From positions 1-64,000 of the forward strand of contig CAWGJT010000012.1 in NCBI GenBank assembly GCA_963822965.1: a stretch of DNA of 64,000 nucleotides. The letters run 5' to 3'. Source of the stretch: an uncultured delta proteobacterium (GTDB taxonomy: Bacteria; Myxococcota_A; UBA9160; UBA4427). Position numbers and translations under genes: made by a program. The notes beneath the pieces were generated by a model. That model did not search any database. It was not told the DNA's origin and worked only from the letters and a program-made list of their open reading frames with translations. Numbering within the stretch: the first letter of the stretch is position 1; the number at the start of each line of letters is the position of its first letter. Of the stretch, positions 9,842 through 19,303 are shown in pieces.

Positions 9842-11506
9842 ATGACCGCTCCGCCCGCCGCCGACCCCGTGACCACGCGCCACGCCACCCCGCCGCTCCG
9901 GCTCGAGACCGGGGACGGCGAGTGGGACGAGACCTTCGACGTGGTGGTCGTGGGCTTCGGGGCGGCCGGTGCCGCCGCCACCCTGGAAGCGTGCCGCAAC
10001 GGTGCTCGCGTCCTCGTCGTCGATCGCTTCGCGGGCGGCGGCGCCAGCGCCCGCAGCGGCGGGGTCTTCTACGCGGGCGGCGGCTCGGCGCAGCAGAAGC
10101 TGGCGGGCTACGAGGACACGCCGGACGAGATGTACCGCTACCTCCGCAGCGAGCTGGGCGACGCGATTCCCGAGCCGGCCCTGCGCAGCTTCTGTGAGGA
10201 GAGCCTCGGCCATCTCGCCTTTCTCGAAGCCGCCGGGGTCCCGTTCCCGCCCCGCGGCGAAGCGCCCAAGACCTCGTATCCGCCGAACGAGTGCACCCTG
10301 TACTTCTCGGGCAACGAGCTGTGCCCTCCCCACGACCAGGCCGCGCTTCCGGCGCCGCGGGGCCACCGGGTGCTGGGACGCGGGCTCACCGGGCGGGTGC
10401 TCTTCCGGCGCCTGCGCGCCGCCGTCGAGGCCGGGCCGGCCGAGGTCCGCACCCACACTCGCGCCGTGCGCCTCGTCCAGGACCCCGGCGGACGCGTGGT
10501 CGGGCTCGAGATCCGAACGATCCCGCCGGGACTGCCGCGGCTCCTGCACGGCTGGCTCGACCGCCTCGCCAGCTATGGCGTGATGTTCAGCGGCGAGCTG
10601 GCACGTCGGGCCCGCCGGCGTCTGCTGGCCATCGAGACGAGCCGGGGGCTCGGCCGGCGCGTCCGGGCCCGCCGCGGCGTCGTCCTGTCGGCCGGTGGCT
10701 TCGTCTTCAACGCGGCGATGATGCGCGACTTCTCCCCCGACTACGCGGGCTGCATGCCGCTGGGGACCAGCGGGGACGACGGCGGCGGAATCTCGATGGG
10801 ACAGGGCGCCGGAGGCGCCCTCGCCTGCATGTCCCGGGCCACCGCCTGGCGGTTCATCAATCCGCCCGTCGCCCTCACCCACGGCGTCCTCGTGGACGGG
10901 AGCGGCCGGCGCATCTGCAACGAGGAGCTCTACGGCGCCAGCCTCGGCGAGCGGATCACCGAGGAGTGCGGCGGCCGAGCCTGGCTGGTGATCGACTCGG
11001 ACACCTGGTCGCGGGTGTTCGCGGAGATCCGCCGCTCGCGCAAGGCGAACTTCCAGAACCTGACGGCGCTGCTGGGGCTCTTCGCGAACCGCGAGAAGGC
11101 TGGCAGCGTCGAGGCGCTGGCCCGACGCACGGGCATGACGCCCAGCGTGCTGCGAGCGACCCTCGAGAGCTACAACGAGCGCTGCGAGCAGGGGCTGCAC
11201 GACGAGCTGGGGAAGTCCGACGCCGCGTTCCTCCCCCAGACCCGATCGCCGTTCTATGCGATCCGCTGCGACAGCAAGACCGCCGGCACCAAGGCCCCGT
11301 GTCTCACGCTGGGCGGTCTCGTCACGAGCCCGGCGACCGGACAGGTGCTGCGTCCGGACGGCTCGCCCATCGACGGTCTGTATGCGGCGGGCCGCTGCGC
11401 CGTCGGGGTCTGCTCCCACGGCTACGTGAGCGGGCTCTCCATCGCGGACTGCATCCACTCGGGGCGTCACAGCGGTCGCGCCGCCGCTGCGGCCGAGCCC
11501 GGCTGA
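9842..11506 (+). CDS. FAD-binding oxidoreductase, 3-ketosteroid dehydrogenase (delta4-5alpha/TesI-like) family
   Basis: DVVVVGFGAAG, GGASARSGGVFYAGGG, LSAGGF, GRRICNE, TLGGL, GLYAAG and YVSGLSIADC..SGR. Confidence 0.8.
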   Translation: MTAPPAADPVTTRHATPPLRLETGDGEWDETFDVVVVGFGAAGAAATLEACRNGARVLVVDRFAGGGASARSGGVFYAGGGSAQQKLAGYEDTPDEMYRYLRSELGDAIPEPALRSFCEESLGHLAFLEAAGVPFPPRGEAPKTSYPPNECTLYFSGNELCPPHDQAALPAPRGHRVLGRGLTGRVLFRRLRAAVEAGPAEVRTHTRAVRLVQDPGGRVVGLEIRTIPPGLPRLLHGWLDRLASYGVMFSGELARRARRRLLAIETSRGLGRRVRARRGVVLSAGGFVFNAAMMRDFSPDYAGCMPLGTSGDDGGGISMGQGAGGALACMSRATAWRFINPPVALTHGVLVDGSGRRICNEELYGASLGERITEECGGRAWLVIDSDTWSRVFAEIRRSRKANFQNLTALLGLFANREKAGSVEALARRTGMTPSVLRATLESYNERCEQGLHDELGKSDAAFLPQTRSPFYAIRCDSKTAGTKAPCLTLGGLVTSPATGQVLRPDGSPIDGLYAAGRCAVGVCSHGYVSGLSIADCIHSGRHSGRAAAAAEPG

Positions 11507-11583
11507 GCCCAGCCCGGCTCGGGACAGCCCACACGGACCCGCACCGGCTACGCCGACCATCCCCGGCCGGCAGCCGCGGCAGG

Positions 11584-12027
11584 CTACGCCGGCGGCTTCA
11601 TGTCCTCGGGTGACACCTCGCGCACGGCCTGCGCGAAGGTCCAGCGGTGACCCTCCGCGTCCCGGGCCACGTAGGTCCGGTCGCCCCAGAACATGTCCTC
11701 GGGCGGCGAGACGATCTCCGCTCCCGCCCCCTTGGCCTGGGAGTGGTGGCGCTCCACGTCGTCGACGTAGACGTAGAGGCTGGTGGTGACGGTGCCGCCC
11801 AGGGAGCGGGGGCTCTTCCACGCCTCCGACGCGGCGGTGGGGCTCAGCATGATCATGCTGTCGGCCACCGTCATCTCCGCGTGCATGACGCCACCGTCGG
11901 GACCGGGAACGGACATCCGGGTCTCGAAGCCGAAGCACTTCGACAGCCAGTCGAGCGCGCCGGAGACGTCGTCGTAGTGGAGGTTGGCCGCGATGCGCGG
12001 CATGCCGGCCGGGGGGTTCTGGACCAT
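11584..12027 (-). CDS. VOC family protein (PhnB/bleomycin-resistance-like)
   Basis: ALDWL..CFGF, HAEM, LYVYVDDVE and PEDMFWGDR.Y.ARDAEGHRW; AAAGGAG RBS. Confidence 0.88.
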   Translation of the reverse strand: MVQNPPAGMPRIAANLHYDDVSGALDWLSKCFGFETRMSVPGPDGGVMHAEMTVADSMIMLSPTAASEAWKSPRSLGGTVTTSLYVYVDDVERHHSQAKGAGAEIVSPPEDMFWGDRTYVARDAEGHRWTFAQAVREVSPEDMKPPA

Positions 12028-12040
12028 GGGGGGCTCCTTT

Positions 12041-12117
12041 CGATTTGCCCGATTTGCCGGCGATTTGCCCGATCTGCCCGATTTGTTCGATTTGTTCGAT
12101 TTGCCCGATCTCGCCGA
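12041..12117. repeat. Tandem array of about 8 imperfect 9-bp units (CGATTTGCC / CGATTTGTT / CGATCTGCC)
   Basis: Read directly: cgatttgcc cgatttgcc gg cgatttgcc cgatctgcc cgatttgtt cgatttgtt cgatttgcc cgatctcgc. Confidence 0.9.
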
Positions 12118-12348
12118 CGGGCTCGATGTCGCCCTGCCTTCGCGGGCGCGGGTCGAGGGCATTGTACCGGCGGCCGGGCGACCCAGCGTGTCTCGCAGGC
12201 ATCTTCGGGCGTCTCTGCTGCCAGCGGATGACACCAGCCCACGTACTGTCGGCCCGGGCGATCGGGCGGGCCGGGTCTCCCGACGCAGCGACCGGCGGTG
12301 CCGTATCGTGTCCCCGGCCGCGTCCTGTGGACCGGGGGAGGAATCACC

Positions 12349-13611
12349 ATGGAGCGAAACGACCGCGAGCTCGAGATCGTGCTGTGGGGTGCCACCGGAT
12401 TCACCGGCCGGCTGGTCGCGGAGCACCTGCTGCGCCGGCACGGGACGGCCGAGCTGCGCTGGGGACTCGGCGGCCGCAACCGCGCGAAGCTCGAGTCCGT
12501 CCGCGACGCGCTCTCCCGGGAGACGGGCATCGACGCGAGCGCCCTCCCCCTCTTCGTCGGCGACGGCGAAGACCCCGGGTCCATGGCCGCGCTCGCCGGA
12601 CGGACCCGGGTGGTCTGCACGACCGTGGGCCCCTACGCGAAGTACGGCTCGAATCTCGTCGCCGCCTGCGCGGCGGCAGGCACCGACTACTGCGACCTGA
12701 CGGGCGAGGTCCACTGGATGCGCCGCATGATCGATCGGCACCAGGACGACGCCGTCGCCAGCGGCGCACGGATCGTGTTCGCCTGCGGGTTCGATTGCAT
12801 CCCGGCGGATCTCGGAACGGGGTTCGTGCAGCGGGAAATGCTGCGACGCCACGGCGTGCCGGCCTCCCGGGTGAAGTTCCGCGTGAAGGACTTCAGCGGC
12901 GGCGCCAGCGGCGGCACCATCGCGAGCATGCTCGAGATGCTGGAAGCGGCGGAGCGCGACCCCGAGGTGCGCCGGGTGATGGCCGCCCCGTACGCGCTCA
13001 ACCCCAAGAGCCAGCGCTCGGGACCCGACGAAGGAGAGCGCTATCGCCCGGTCTTCGACGCCGACTTCGGCGAGTGGATCGCGCCCTTCGTGATGGCGGC
13101 CGTCGACACGAAGGTCGTGCGCCGCTCGAACGCGCTGCTCGACCATCTCTACGGGCAGGACTTCCGCTACGACGAAGGCGTTCTCATGGGCGCCGGTCCC
13201 GTCGGGCTCGCCCGGGCCCTGGCGATGACCGCGGGCCTGGGTGTCGGGCTCGGCGCGATGGCGGTGGGGCCCCTGCGCCGCCTCGTGGCCCGGCGTCTCC
13301 CCGCCCCGGGCGAGGGCCCCTCGAAGGCGGTGCGCGAGGCGGGCCACTTCGACATCCGGCTCTTCGGGCAGCACCCGAGCGACCGGGCGAAGAGCCTGCG
13401 CGCGCGGGTGACGGGCGACCGGGACCCGGGCTACGGGTCGACTTCGAAGATGCTGGGCGAAAGCGCCGTGTGCCTGGCGCGCGATGCGCTTTCCAGCGCG
13501 GGAGGATGCTCGACGCCGGCGGCCGCCATGGGAGAGGTGCTGCTCGCCCGCCTGCAGGCCCACGCGGGAATCACCTTCGCGATCGAAGAGCCGGACCGCG
13601 ACGCGCCCTGA
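12349..13611 (+). CDS. Saccharopine dehydrogenase-like oxidoreductase (trans-acting enoyl reductase family)
   Basis: LWGATGFTG, GGRN..KL, TTVGPY.KYG, DYCDLTGE, CGFDCIPADLG, SGGT and DPGYGST; GGAGG RBS. Confidence 0.88.
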   Translation: MERNDRELEIVLWGATGFTGRLVAEHLLRRHGTAELRWGLGGRNRAKLESVRDALSRETGIDASALPLFVGDGEDPGSMAALAGRTRVVCTTVGPYAKYGSNLVAACAAAGTDYCDLTGEVHWMRRMIDRHQDDAVASGARIVFACGFDCIPADLGTGFVQREMLRRHGVPASRVKFRVKDFSGGASGGTIASMLEMLEAAERDPEVRRVMAAPYALNPKSQRSGPDEGERYRPVFDADFGEWIAPFVMAAVDTKVVRRSNALLDHLYGQDFRYDEGVLMGAGPVGLARALAMTAGLGVGLGAMAVGPLRRLVARRLPAPGEGPSKAVREAGHFDIRLFGQHPSDRAKSLRARVTGDRDPGYGSTSKMLGESAVCLARDALSSAGGCSTPAAAMGEVLLARLQAHAGITFAIEEPDRDAP

Positions 13612-13711
13612 ACGCGATTCGCCGTGATCCCGGGTGCCGGCCGCGGTCCCGGCCTGCCGGCCCCGCGGCCATCCACTACCCTGGCTCGCGAGCAGGAGGG
13701 AAGAACGCGCC

Positions 13712-14905
13712 ATGCCCGACCATCCCGTGCGCGACGAGATCCGACTCCTGGAGGGCGACTTCTACGTCGACCGCCCCCTCGAGCACTACGCCTGGATGCG
13801 CCGGAACGCGCCCGTCTACCGGGATGAAACAGGCGGCGTGTGGGGCGTGGCCCTGCACGAAGACATCATGCACTGCTCGAAGAACCCCGCGATCTTCTGC
13901 TCGGGCAAGAGCTCGCGCCCCGAAGAGGGCACCTGGATCCCGTCGATGATCAACCTCGACGATCCCGACCACAAGCGACGCCGCAACCTGGTCAACCGGG
14001 GCTTCACGCCCCGGCGCGTCCAGGATCACGAGCCGCTGATCCGGCGGGTGGTCACCCAGCTCATCGACGCCGTCGCCGCCAAGGGCAGCTGCGACTTCGT
14101 GCGCGAGATCGCAGCGCCGCTGCCGATGGCGGTGATCGGAACGCTGCTGGGCGTCGCCGAGGAGGATTGGGACACCCTGCTGCAGTGGTCCGAGGACATG
14201 CTGCGGGGCACCGACTCGAAAGCCAGCGAGGAGGTGCGGCTCGGCGCCATGAAGGCCGGGGGTGCCTATGCCCAGTACGCGATGCAGGTGATCGCCGACC
14301 GACGCAAGCACCCGCGCGACGACCTGATGGGCATCCTGGTGCAGTCCGCGATCGACGGCCAGGGACTCTCGGACGAGGAGCTCATCCAGGAGAGCCTGCT
14401 CATCCTGGTGGGCGGCGACGAGACCACCCGCCACGTCATCTCGGGCGGCATGCGGGCCCTCATCGAGCATCCGGACCAGCGCCGCAAGCTCTGCCGCGAC
14501 CCCAGCCTCATCCCGACGGCGGTCGAAGAGATGCTGCGCTGGGTGACGCCCATCAAGAACATGAACCGCACCGCCACGCGGGACGTGGAGCTGCGCGGAC
14601 AGGAGATCCGCGAAGGCGACAAGGTGTTGATGCTCTACCAGTCCGGGAATCGGGACGAGCGCGTCTTCGAGGACCCCGAGCGCTTCGACGCCGAGCGCAC
14701 TCCGAACGACCACGTGGCCTTCGGCGGCTACGGCACGCACTTCTGCCTCGGAGCCCCGCTGGCCCGGCTCGAGCTGCGCATCATGTTCGAGGAGCTGATG
14801 CGACGGATTCCGGACATGGAGCTCGACGGCGACCTGCCCCTGCGGCCGTCGAACTTCATCGTCGGCATCGAGCACATGCCCGTCGTCTTCTCCCCCGCCG
14901 GATAG
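13712..14905 (+). CDS. Cytochrome P450, CYP142-like (steroid C26 monooxygenase-like)
   Basis: LLILVGGDETTRHVISGG, EEMLRWVTPIKNMNR, HVAFGGYGTHFCLGA.LARLEL and LRPSNF resemble mycobacterial CYP142. Confidence 0.88.
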   Translation: MPDHPVRDEIRLLEGDFYVDRPLEHYAWMRRNAPVYRDETGGVWGVALHEDIMHCSKNPAIFCSGKSSRPEEGTWIPSMINLDDPDHKRRRNLVNRGFTPRRVQDHEPLIRRVVTQLIDAVAAKGSCDFVREIAAPLPMAVIGTLLGVAEEDWDTLLQWSEDMLRGTDSKASEEVRLGAMKAGGAYAQYAMQVIADRRKHPRDDLMGILVQSAIDGQGLSDEELIQESLLILVGGDETTRHVISGGMRALIEHPDQRRKLCRDPSLIPTAVEEMLRWVTPIKNMNRTATRDVELRGQEIREGDKVLMLYQSGNRDERVFEDPERFDAERTPNDHVAFGGYGTHFCLGAPLARLELRIMFEELMRRIPDMELDGDLPLRPSNFIVGIEHMPVVFSPAG

Positions 14906-14914
14906 CGACCCGCG

Positions 14915-15796
14915 TTGGGCAGGCGCGCCCGCTACTTTCCCGTCGAGCGCCGGCCGCTGCGCATGCGTCCGCGCCTGCAGCCGTTCGGCACGGACTTCGG
15001 GAACGGCGAGGCCGACCGCCGCTTCTTCCAACGCGACGACGACGCTCCCCGCTACCGGAAGGCGAAGCGCACCCCGGTACGCGTCGGCGCGGAGGCGCCT
15101 CGCTCCCGCTACCGCATCGCCGTCGGGTCCGCCGGCGACGAGACCGCCCACCGCGCCGTGCTCGCGTGGCTCGCGCGGACCGTGGCGGGCGAGCACCCGG
15201 ACCTCACGCTCCCGGACGCCGACGCCCCGCTCGGGAAGCGCTACGAGGCGGTGAGCGACGACGTGCAGGAGGATCTCTTCGTGCTGCGACGCGACCCGGA
15301 CGGCACCGACCGGGCCGTCGCCGTCTACGTCTGCTTCCCCTCGGGCTGGTGTCCCGAGGCGATCCTGGGGTGGAGCTTTCAGCGCATCCACGCGCCCGTG
15401 CCCGACTTCGCCGAGACGGATCCGCCCGCGCGCAGCCTGGTGCGAGCGATGGTGGAGCGCGGCCCCTACGTGCGCTTCGTCTGGACGATCTGCGCGGACG
15501 ACGTCCTCGACCACCATCCCGACGAGGGACCGAGCACGGGCTTCGACGCCGACACCCGGGAGGGGTGGCTGCGCGTCGAGCGACAGGTGACGGTCCCGTT
15601 TCCCGAGACCAGCGCCTCGCTCTTCCTGATCCGGACCTATCTCACCCCCTTCTCCGCGCTGGCGCCCGAAGAGCGCGCCACCCTGCGGACGGCGCTCGCC
15701 TGCATGCCCGAGTCGACGGTGCGCTACAAGGGGCTCGCCTCGGGTCTGCCCTGGGCCCTCCGCCTGCTGGAAGGGAACGGCGGCGCCGCCGGCTGA
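14915..15796 (+). CDS. DUF3445 / heme-dependent oxidative N-demethylase alpha-subunit-like protein
   Basis: VQEDL, VCFPSGW, IHAPVP, RFVWTI, LRVERQ, LFLIRTY and YKG motifs. Confidence 0.82.
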   Translation: MGRRARYFPVERRPLRMRPRLQPFGTDFGNGEADRRFFQRDDDAPRYRKAKRTPVRVGAEAPRSRYRIAVGSAGDETAHRAVLAWLARTVAGEHPDLTLPDADAPLGKRYEAVSDDVQEDLFVLRRDPDGTDRAVAVYVCFPSGWCPEAILGWSFQRIHAPVPDFAETDPPARSLVRAMVERGPYVRFVWTICADDVLDHHPDEGPSTGFDADTREGWLRVERQVTVPFPETSASLFLIRTYLTPFSALAPEERATLRTALACMPESTVRYKGLASGLPWALRLLEGNGGAAG

Positions 15797-15807
15797 CCCG
15801 CCTGGCG

Positions 15808-16833
15808 TCAGGAGACGACCCGGGACTCGAAGCGTCCCGCCATCAGGCCGGCCACCGGTCGCATCATCTCCATCCGCTCGAAGAGCATCTTCATCACCGC
15901 GGTGATGGGGGTGGCCAGGAGCATGCCCACGATTCCCCAGAGCGCTCCCCACACCATCAGGGCCAGCAGCACCGTCACCGGGTGCAGGTCCAGCGAGTCG
16001 CCCATCATCTTCGGCGTGAGAACGTTCCCGATCCCGAACTGGATCAGCGCCGGCAGCGCGATGGCCAGCACCCCTGCCGTGGCGGACACGTCGGGGCTCA
16101 CGAGTACCACCGGCAGGGGCAGCAGCGTCGCGATGATCGAGCCGATGCTCGGGATGAAGTTCAGGAGGAACGCGAAGAGCCCGAACACCATCGCGAGCGG
16201 CACCCCGAGCGACGCCAGCACGATGCCCACGACCACGCCCGTGGCGGCCGAGATGCCGCCCTGCAGGACGATGTAGCGCCGGATGCGGGTCTCGACGTCG
16301 AGCCGCACGCCCTGGCTCCGGGCCGCGGCCTCTCCCGAGAGCAGGAAGAAGAGGAAGATCAACACCACGAGCCCCTTGGAGAGCAGGTCGAGGATGGCGT
16401 TGGTCGTGCCCACCACGAAGGCGCCGAACTGCTGGGTCGGGATGACCGAGCGCAGGTTCGCCTTGGCGGCGAGGTCCGGCGCCATCTCCGTCACCAGGGG
16501 CGAGGTCACCACCTGCTCCACCATCTGCTCGATCTGTCGCTGGTAGACCCCGGCGTTGTTGGTGAGCTGTCGCACCGAGAGCGAGATCAGGGTGCCGACG
16601 AGGGTGAGGACGAGCACGCCGAGCAGGAGCGTGACGAAGACCGCGAGTGGACGCGGTACGCGCAGGCGCGCGGTCTGCACCTCGATCACCGGCGCGAGCC
16701 CGTAGGCGAAGAAGACGGCCAACACGAACGGAATCAGGACCGCGCGGAACCAGAAGAGCACGAAGCCCACCGCGACGCTCGCGAGGATCATCAGGCAGAC
16801 GTTCTGGATGGCGCGCTGTGCATCCTCGGTCAC
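15808..16833 (-). CDS. AI-2E family transporter
   Basis: [28 protein letters not shown] and [16 protein letters not shown]. Confidence 0.9.
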   Translation of the reverse strand: MTEDAQRAIQNVCLMILASVAVGFVLFWFRAVLIPFVLAVFFAYGLAPVIEVQTARLRVPRPLAVFVTLLLGVLVLTLVGTLISLSVRQLTNNAGVYQRQIEQMVEQVVTSPLVTEMAPDLAAKANLRSVIPTQQFGAFVVGTTNAILDLLSKGLVVLIFLFFLLSGEAAARSQGVRLDVETRIRRYIVLQGGISAATGVVVGIVLASLGVPLAMVFGLFAFLLNFIPSIGSIIATLLPLPVVLVSPDVSATAGVLAIALPALIQFGIGNVLTPKMMGDSLDLHPVTVLLALMVWGALWGIVGMLLATPITAVMKMLFERMEMMRPVAGLMAGRFESRVVS

Positions 16834-17078
16834 GGAGCCCCCTCTCCACGATCGCCGCCCGGGCGCGCCGTTCACGTTCGACACGCGCGGCTCGCGCGCC
16901 GACCGCTCTCTGCACGCCGCCGACGCCCGCCGGCGCCCGCACCCTGCGAGCCGCCCCGCGTCCGGACGCCGGCATGGTAGCGAGCCCGCTCCCGACGCGT
17001 TGCGCCGCTCGACTTCGCGTCGTTCGAAGCCCTCGCTATGATCGGCGCCCGCCTGCCGGGAGCGAGGAGCCGTTCGAC

Positions 17079-18020
17079 GTGGAGATCGATGAGCAGGCCG
17101 CGACCCGAGGCCGAGAGCGGCCGCTCGCCGAAGCACACGGCGCCGGAGCCCGGCGACCGCGCTGGCTGCTCGGCATCGGGGCGGCGGTCGGACTGGCGCT
17201 GGCGACGGCCGGCATCGTCGAGACCGCCCCCGGGTCGGAGAGCCTGCCCGAAGGCGCAGCGGCCGTCGTGAACGGCGCCGTCATCCGAGAGGTCGACTAC
17301 CAGCGTGCGTTGGCTGCGCTCGCGAGCGACCGGCGGGATCCCATCAGCGACGCCGACCGCCAGCACATCCTCGACCGCCTGATCGAAGAAGAGCTGCTGG
17401 TGCAGCGCGCGGTCGACCTCGGTCTCGACAAGACCGACCCCGTGGTTCGAAACACCCTGGTGTCAGCCATGATCGAGACGATCGTCGCGGGCGTGGGGCA
17501 GACCGAGCCGAGCGACGAGGAGGTGGCGGCGTTCTACGAGGCGAACCGGGACTTCTTCGCCCGTACCGACCGCTACTGGGTGCGCCAGCTCCGCTTCCCG
17601 ATCCGCGGCGCGGACGGCCAGGAGAACGAAGCGGCAGCCCGGGCCCGCGCGGAGGAGGCCGGCCGCCGGCTGCGCGAGGGCGAGAAGCTCTCCGTGCTGG
17701 CGCGCGAGCTCGGAGCGGGTGGCGTGCTCCCGCTGCCGGACGGCTACCTACCCGCGACGAAGCTGCGCGAGTATCTGGGCCCCACGCCGGCGCTGCGCGC
17801 GACGCAGATGCAGACCGGCGAGGTGAGCGAGCCCGTCCGCGGCGGCTCCGCGTGGCACGTGCTGCAGATGGTCGAGCGTGTGACGAGCCCGCCCCAGCCG
17901 CTGGAGGCCGTCACCTCCCAGGTTCGCGCCGAGATGCGGCGGCGCGCCGGCGACGAGAGCCTCCGCGCCTATCTCGACCGGCTCCGGGACGACGCCGAGG
18001 TGAGGCTGCCCCCCTCGTGA
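17079..18020 (+). CDS. SurA/parvulin-like peptidyl-prolyl isomerase family protein
   Basis: N-terminal TM, AAVVNG..I, LDRLIEEELLVQRA..LGL, FYEAN and GEVSEPV...WHVL; GAGGAG RBS before GTG. Confidence 0.78.
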   Translation: MEIDEQAATRGRERPLAEAHGAGARRPRWLLGIGAAVGLALATAGIVETAPGSESLPEGAAAVVNGAVIREVDYQRALAALASDRRDPISDADRQHILDRLIEEELLVQRAVDLGLDKTDPVVRNTLVSAMIETIVAGVGQTEPSDEEVAAFYEANRDFFARTDRYWVRQLRFPIRGADGQENEAAARARAEEAGRRLREGEKLSVLARELGAGGVLPLPDGYLPATKLREYLGPTPALRATQMQTGEVSEPVRGGSAWHVLQMVERVTSPPQPLEAVTSQVRAEMRRRAGDESLRAYLDRLRDDAEVRLPPS

Positions 18021-19210
18021 GCCTCCGGGCCTGCGCCGTCGCCCTGATCTGGGTTGGCATCGTCACCGCGGCACTGCCGGCCGCGGCCCATACCCGCAGC
18101 ATGTCCTACTCGACCTGGCAGCTCGAGCCGGACGGCGCCCGCGTCGAGCTGCGGCTCAAGCTGCTGGAGCTGACGCGGGAGCCGCCCGGCCACCCCTGGA
18201 CCCGGGTGTTCCCCGCAGAGCTCGTGCTGCTCTCGGGAGAGGTGCCCTGCCGCGGGGACGAGGCGCGACGCATGGGCCGCGAGCCCGAGGGCTGGGCGGT
18301 GTTCCGCTGGCGCGTGCACTGCGACCGGTCCGGCCCGCGCGCGATCGCCAGCGAGCTCATGCGGGGCGTCACCGCGGCGCACACCCACTTCGTCCGGGTC
18401 GATCCGCCCGCGGACGATCCGGGAGCCGAGGTGCGAGAGCGCGTGCTGGTGACGGACCGGGACGGCCCCTGGCTCCTCGACGCGGCGCCGAGCGACGAGG
18501 CGCCGAGCGCGTTCTCGTCCTACGTGAAGCTGGGCGCCCTGCACATCGCGACGGGCTGGGACCATCTGACCTTCGTGCTGGCCCTGCTGCTGCTGGCGAC
18601 GTCCCTGCGCGAGGTGGCCGGTCTCGTCACGGGCTTCACCCTCGGTCACAGCCTCACCCTGGGGCTCGCCGTGCTGGGGGTGGTCCGACCCGAGGCCGTG
18701 GCGGTGGACGTGCTCATCGGCTTCTCGATCGCGCTCGTCGCCGCCGAGAACAGCTGGCTGCTGGCGGGACGCGACCGCCTCATCCCCCGCGCCGTCGGCG
18801 GAGCGCTGCTGGTCGCGGCGGGTCTCTCGCTCTTCGGCGTGGGCGCACTCGGCCCGATGGCCTGGCTCGGGCTCGCCCTCTTCTCCCTGTGCCACTTCGG
18901 ACTGCTGCGAGCCTCCGAGCGCCCCGGGGCCCTGCGCGCCGCGGTCGCCTTCGCGTTCGGCCTGGTGCACGGCTTCGGCTTCGCGGGAACGCTGATGGAG
19001 CTCCACCTGCCCGCCGCCCGGCTGCTGCCCGCGCTGTTCGGCTTCAACGTGGGGGTGGAGCTCGGCCAGCTCGCGGTGGTGGCCGGCGTCTGGCCCCTGC
19101 TCTACGCCCTCGCCCGGGTGCGCGCCGAGGGCTACCGGTGGGTCGCCGAGGCCGGGTCCGCCTCGATCTTCGCCATCGGGCTCTTCTGGATGCTGAGCCG
19201 CAACTTCTGA
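18017..19210 (+). CDS. HupE/UreJ family protein (long form with periplasmic N-domain)
   Basis: Signal peptide ending AAA-H; HIATGWDHLTF, TGFTLGHSLTL, FGLVHGFGFA and FGFNVGVELGQ; GTGA overlap with the PPIase gene. Confidence 0.88.
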   Translation: MSLRACAVALIWVGIVTAALPAAAHTRSMSYSTWQLEPDGARVELRLKLLELTREPPGHPWTRVFPAELVLLSGEVPCRGDEARRMGREPEGWAVFRWRVHCDRSGPRAIASELMRGVTAAHTHFVRVDPPADDPGAEVRERVLVTDRDGPWLLDAAPSDEAPSAFSSYVKLGALHIATGWDHLTFVLALLLLATSLREVAGLVTGFTLGHSLTLGLAVLGVVRPEAVAVDVLIGFSIALVAAENSWLLAGRDRLIPRAVGGALLVAAGLSLFGVGALGPMAWLGLALFSLCHFGLLRASERPGALRAAVAFAFGLVHGFGFAGTLMELHLPAARLLPALFGFNVGVELGQLAVVAGVWPLLYALARVRAEGYRWVAEAGSASIFAIGLFWMLSRNF

Positions 19211-19213
19211 GCG

Positions 19214-19238
19214 GTCAGCGCCCCGCTGGGGCGCTGAC
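19214..19238. terminator. Perfect 11-bp hairpin (loop GCT) after hupE/ureJ; possible terminator or mRNA stabiliser, no U-tract
   Basis: gtcagcgcccc-gct-ggggcgctgac. Confidence 0.45.
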
Positions 19239-19303
19239 GTGCAACCCGAGGACAACGCCAGGCGTTGTCCGCTCAGGAGCCCGGAGCGCTACCTTCCTAC
19301 GAC

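Noticed and set aside
12028..12162. In-frame N-terminal extension or leader peptide over the 9-bp repeats
   Set aside because: The upstream ATG is part of the TACAAT hexamer, a strong RBS precedes ATG 12027, and the repeat phase is broken
13676..16980. Very long ORFs of 1099 aa (-) and 1046 aa (+), and similar ones such as 9320-12202 and 58089-60404
   Set aside because: Arg/Pro/Gly-rich shadow frames overlapping well-supported genes, as expected at this GC content
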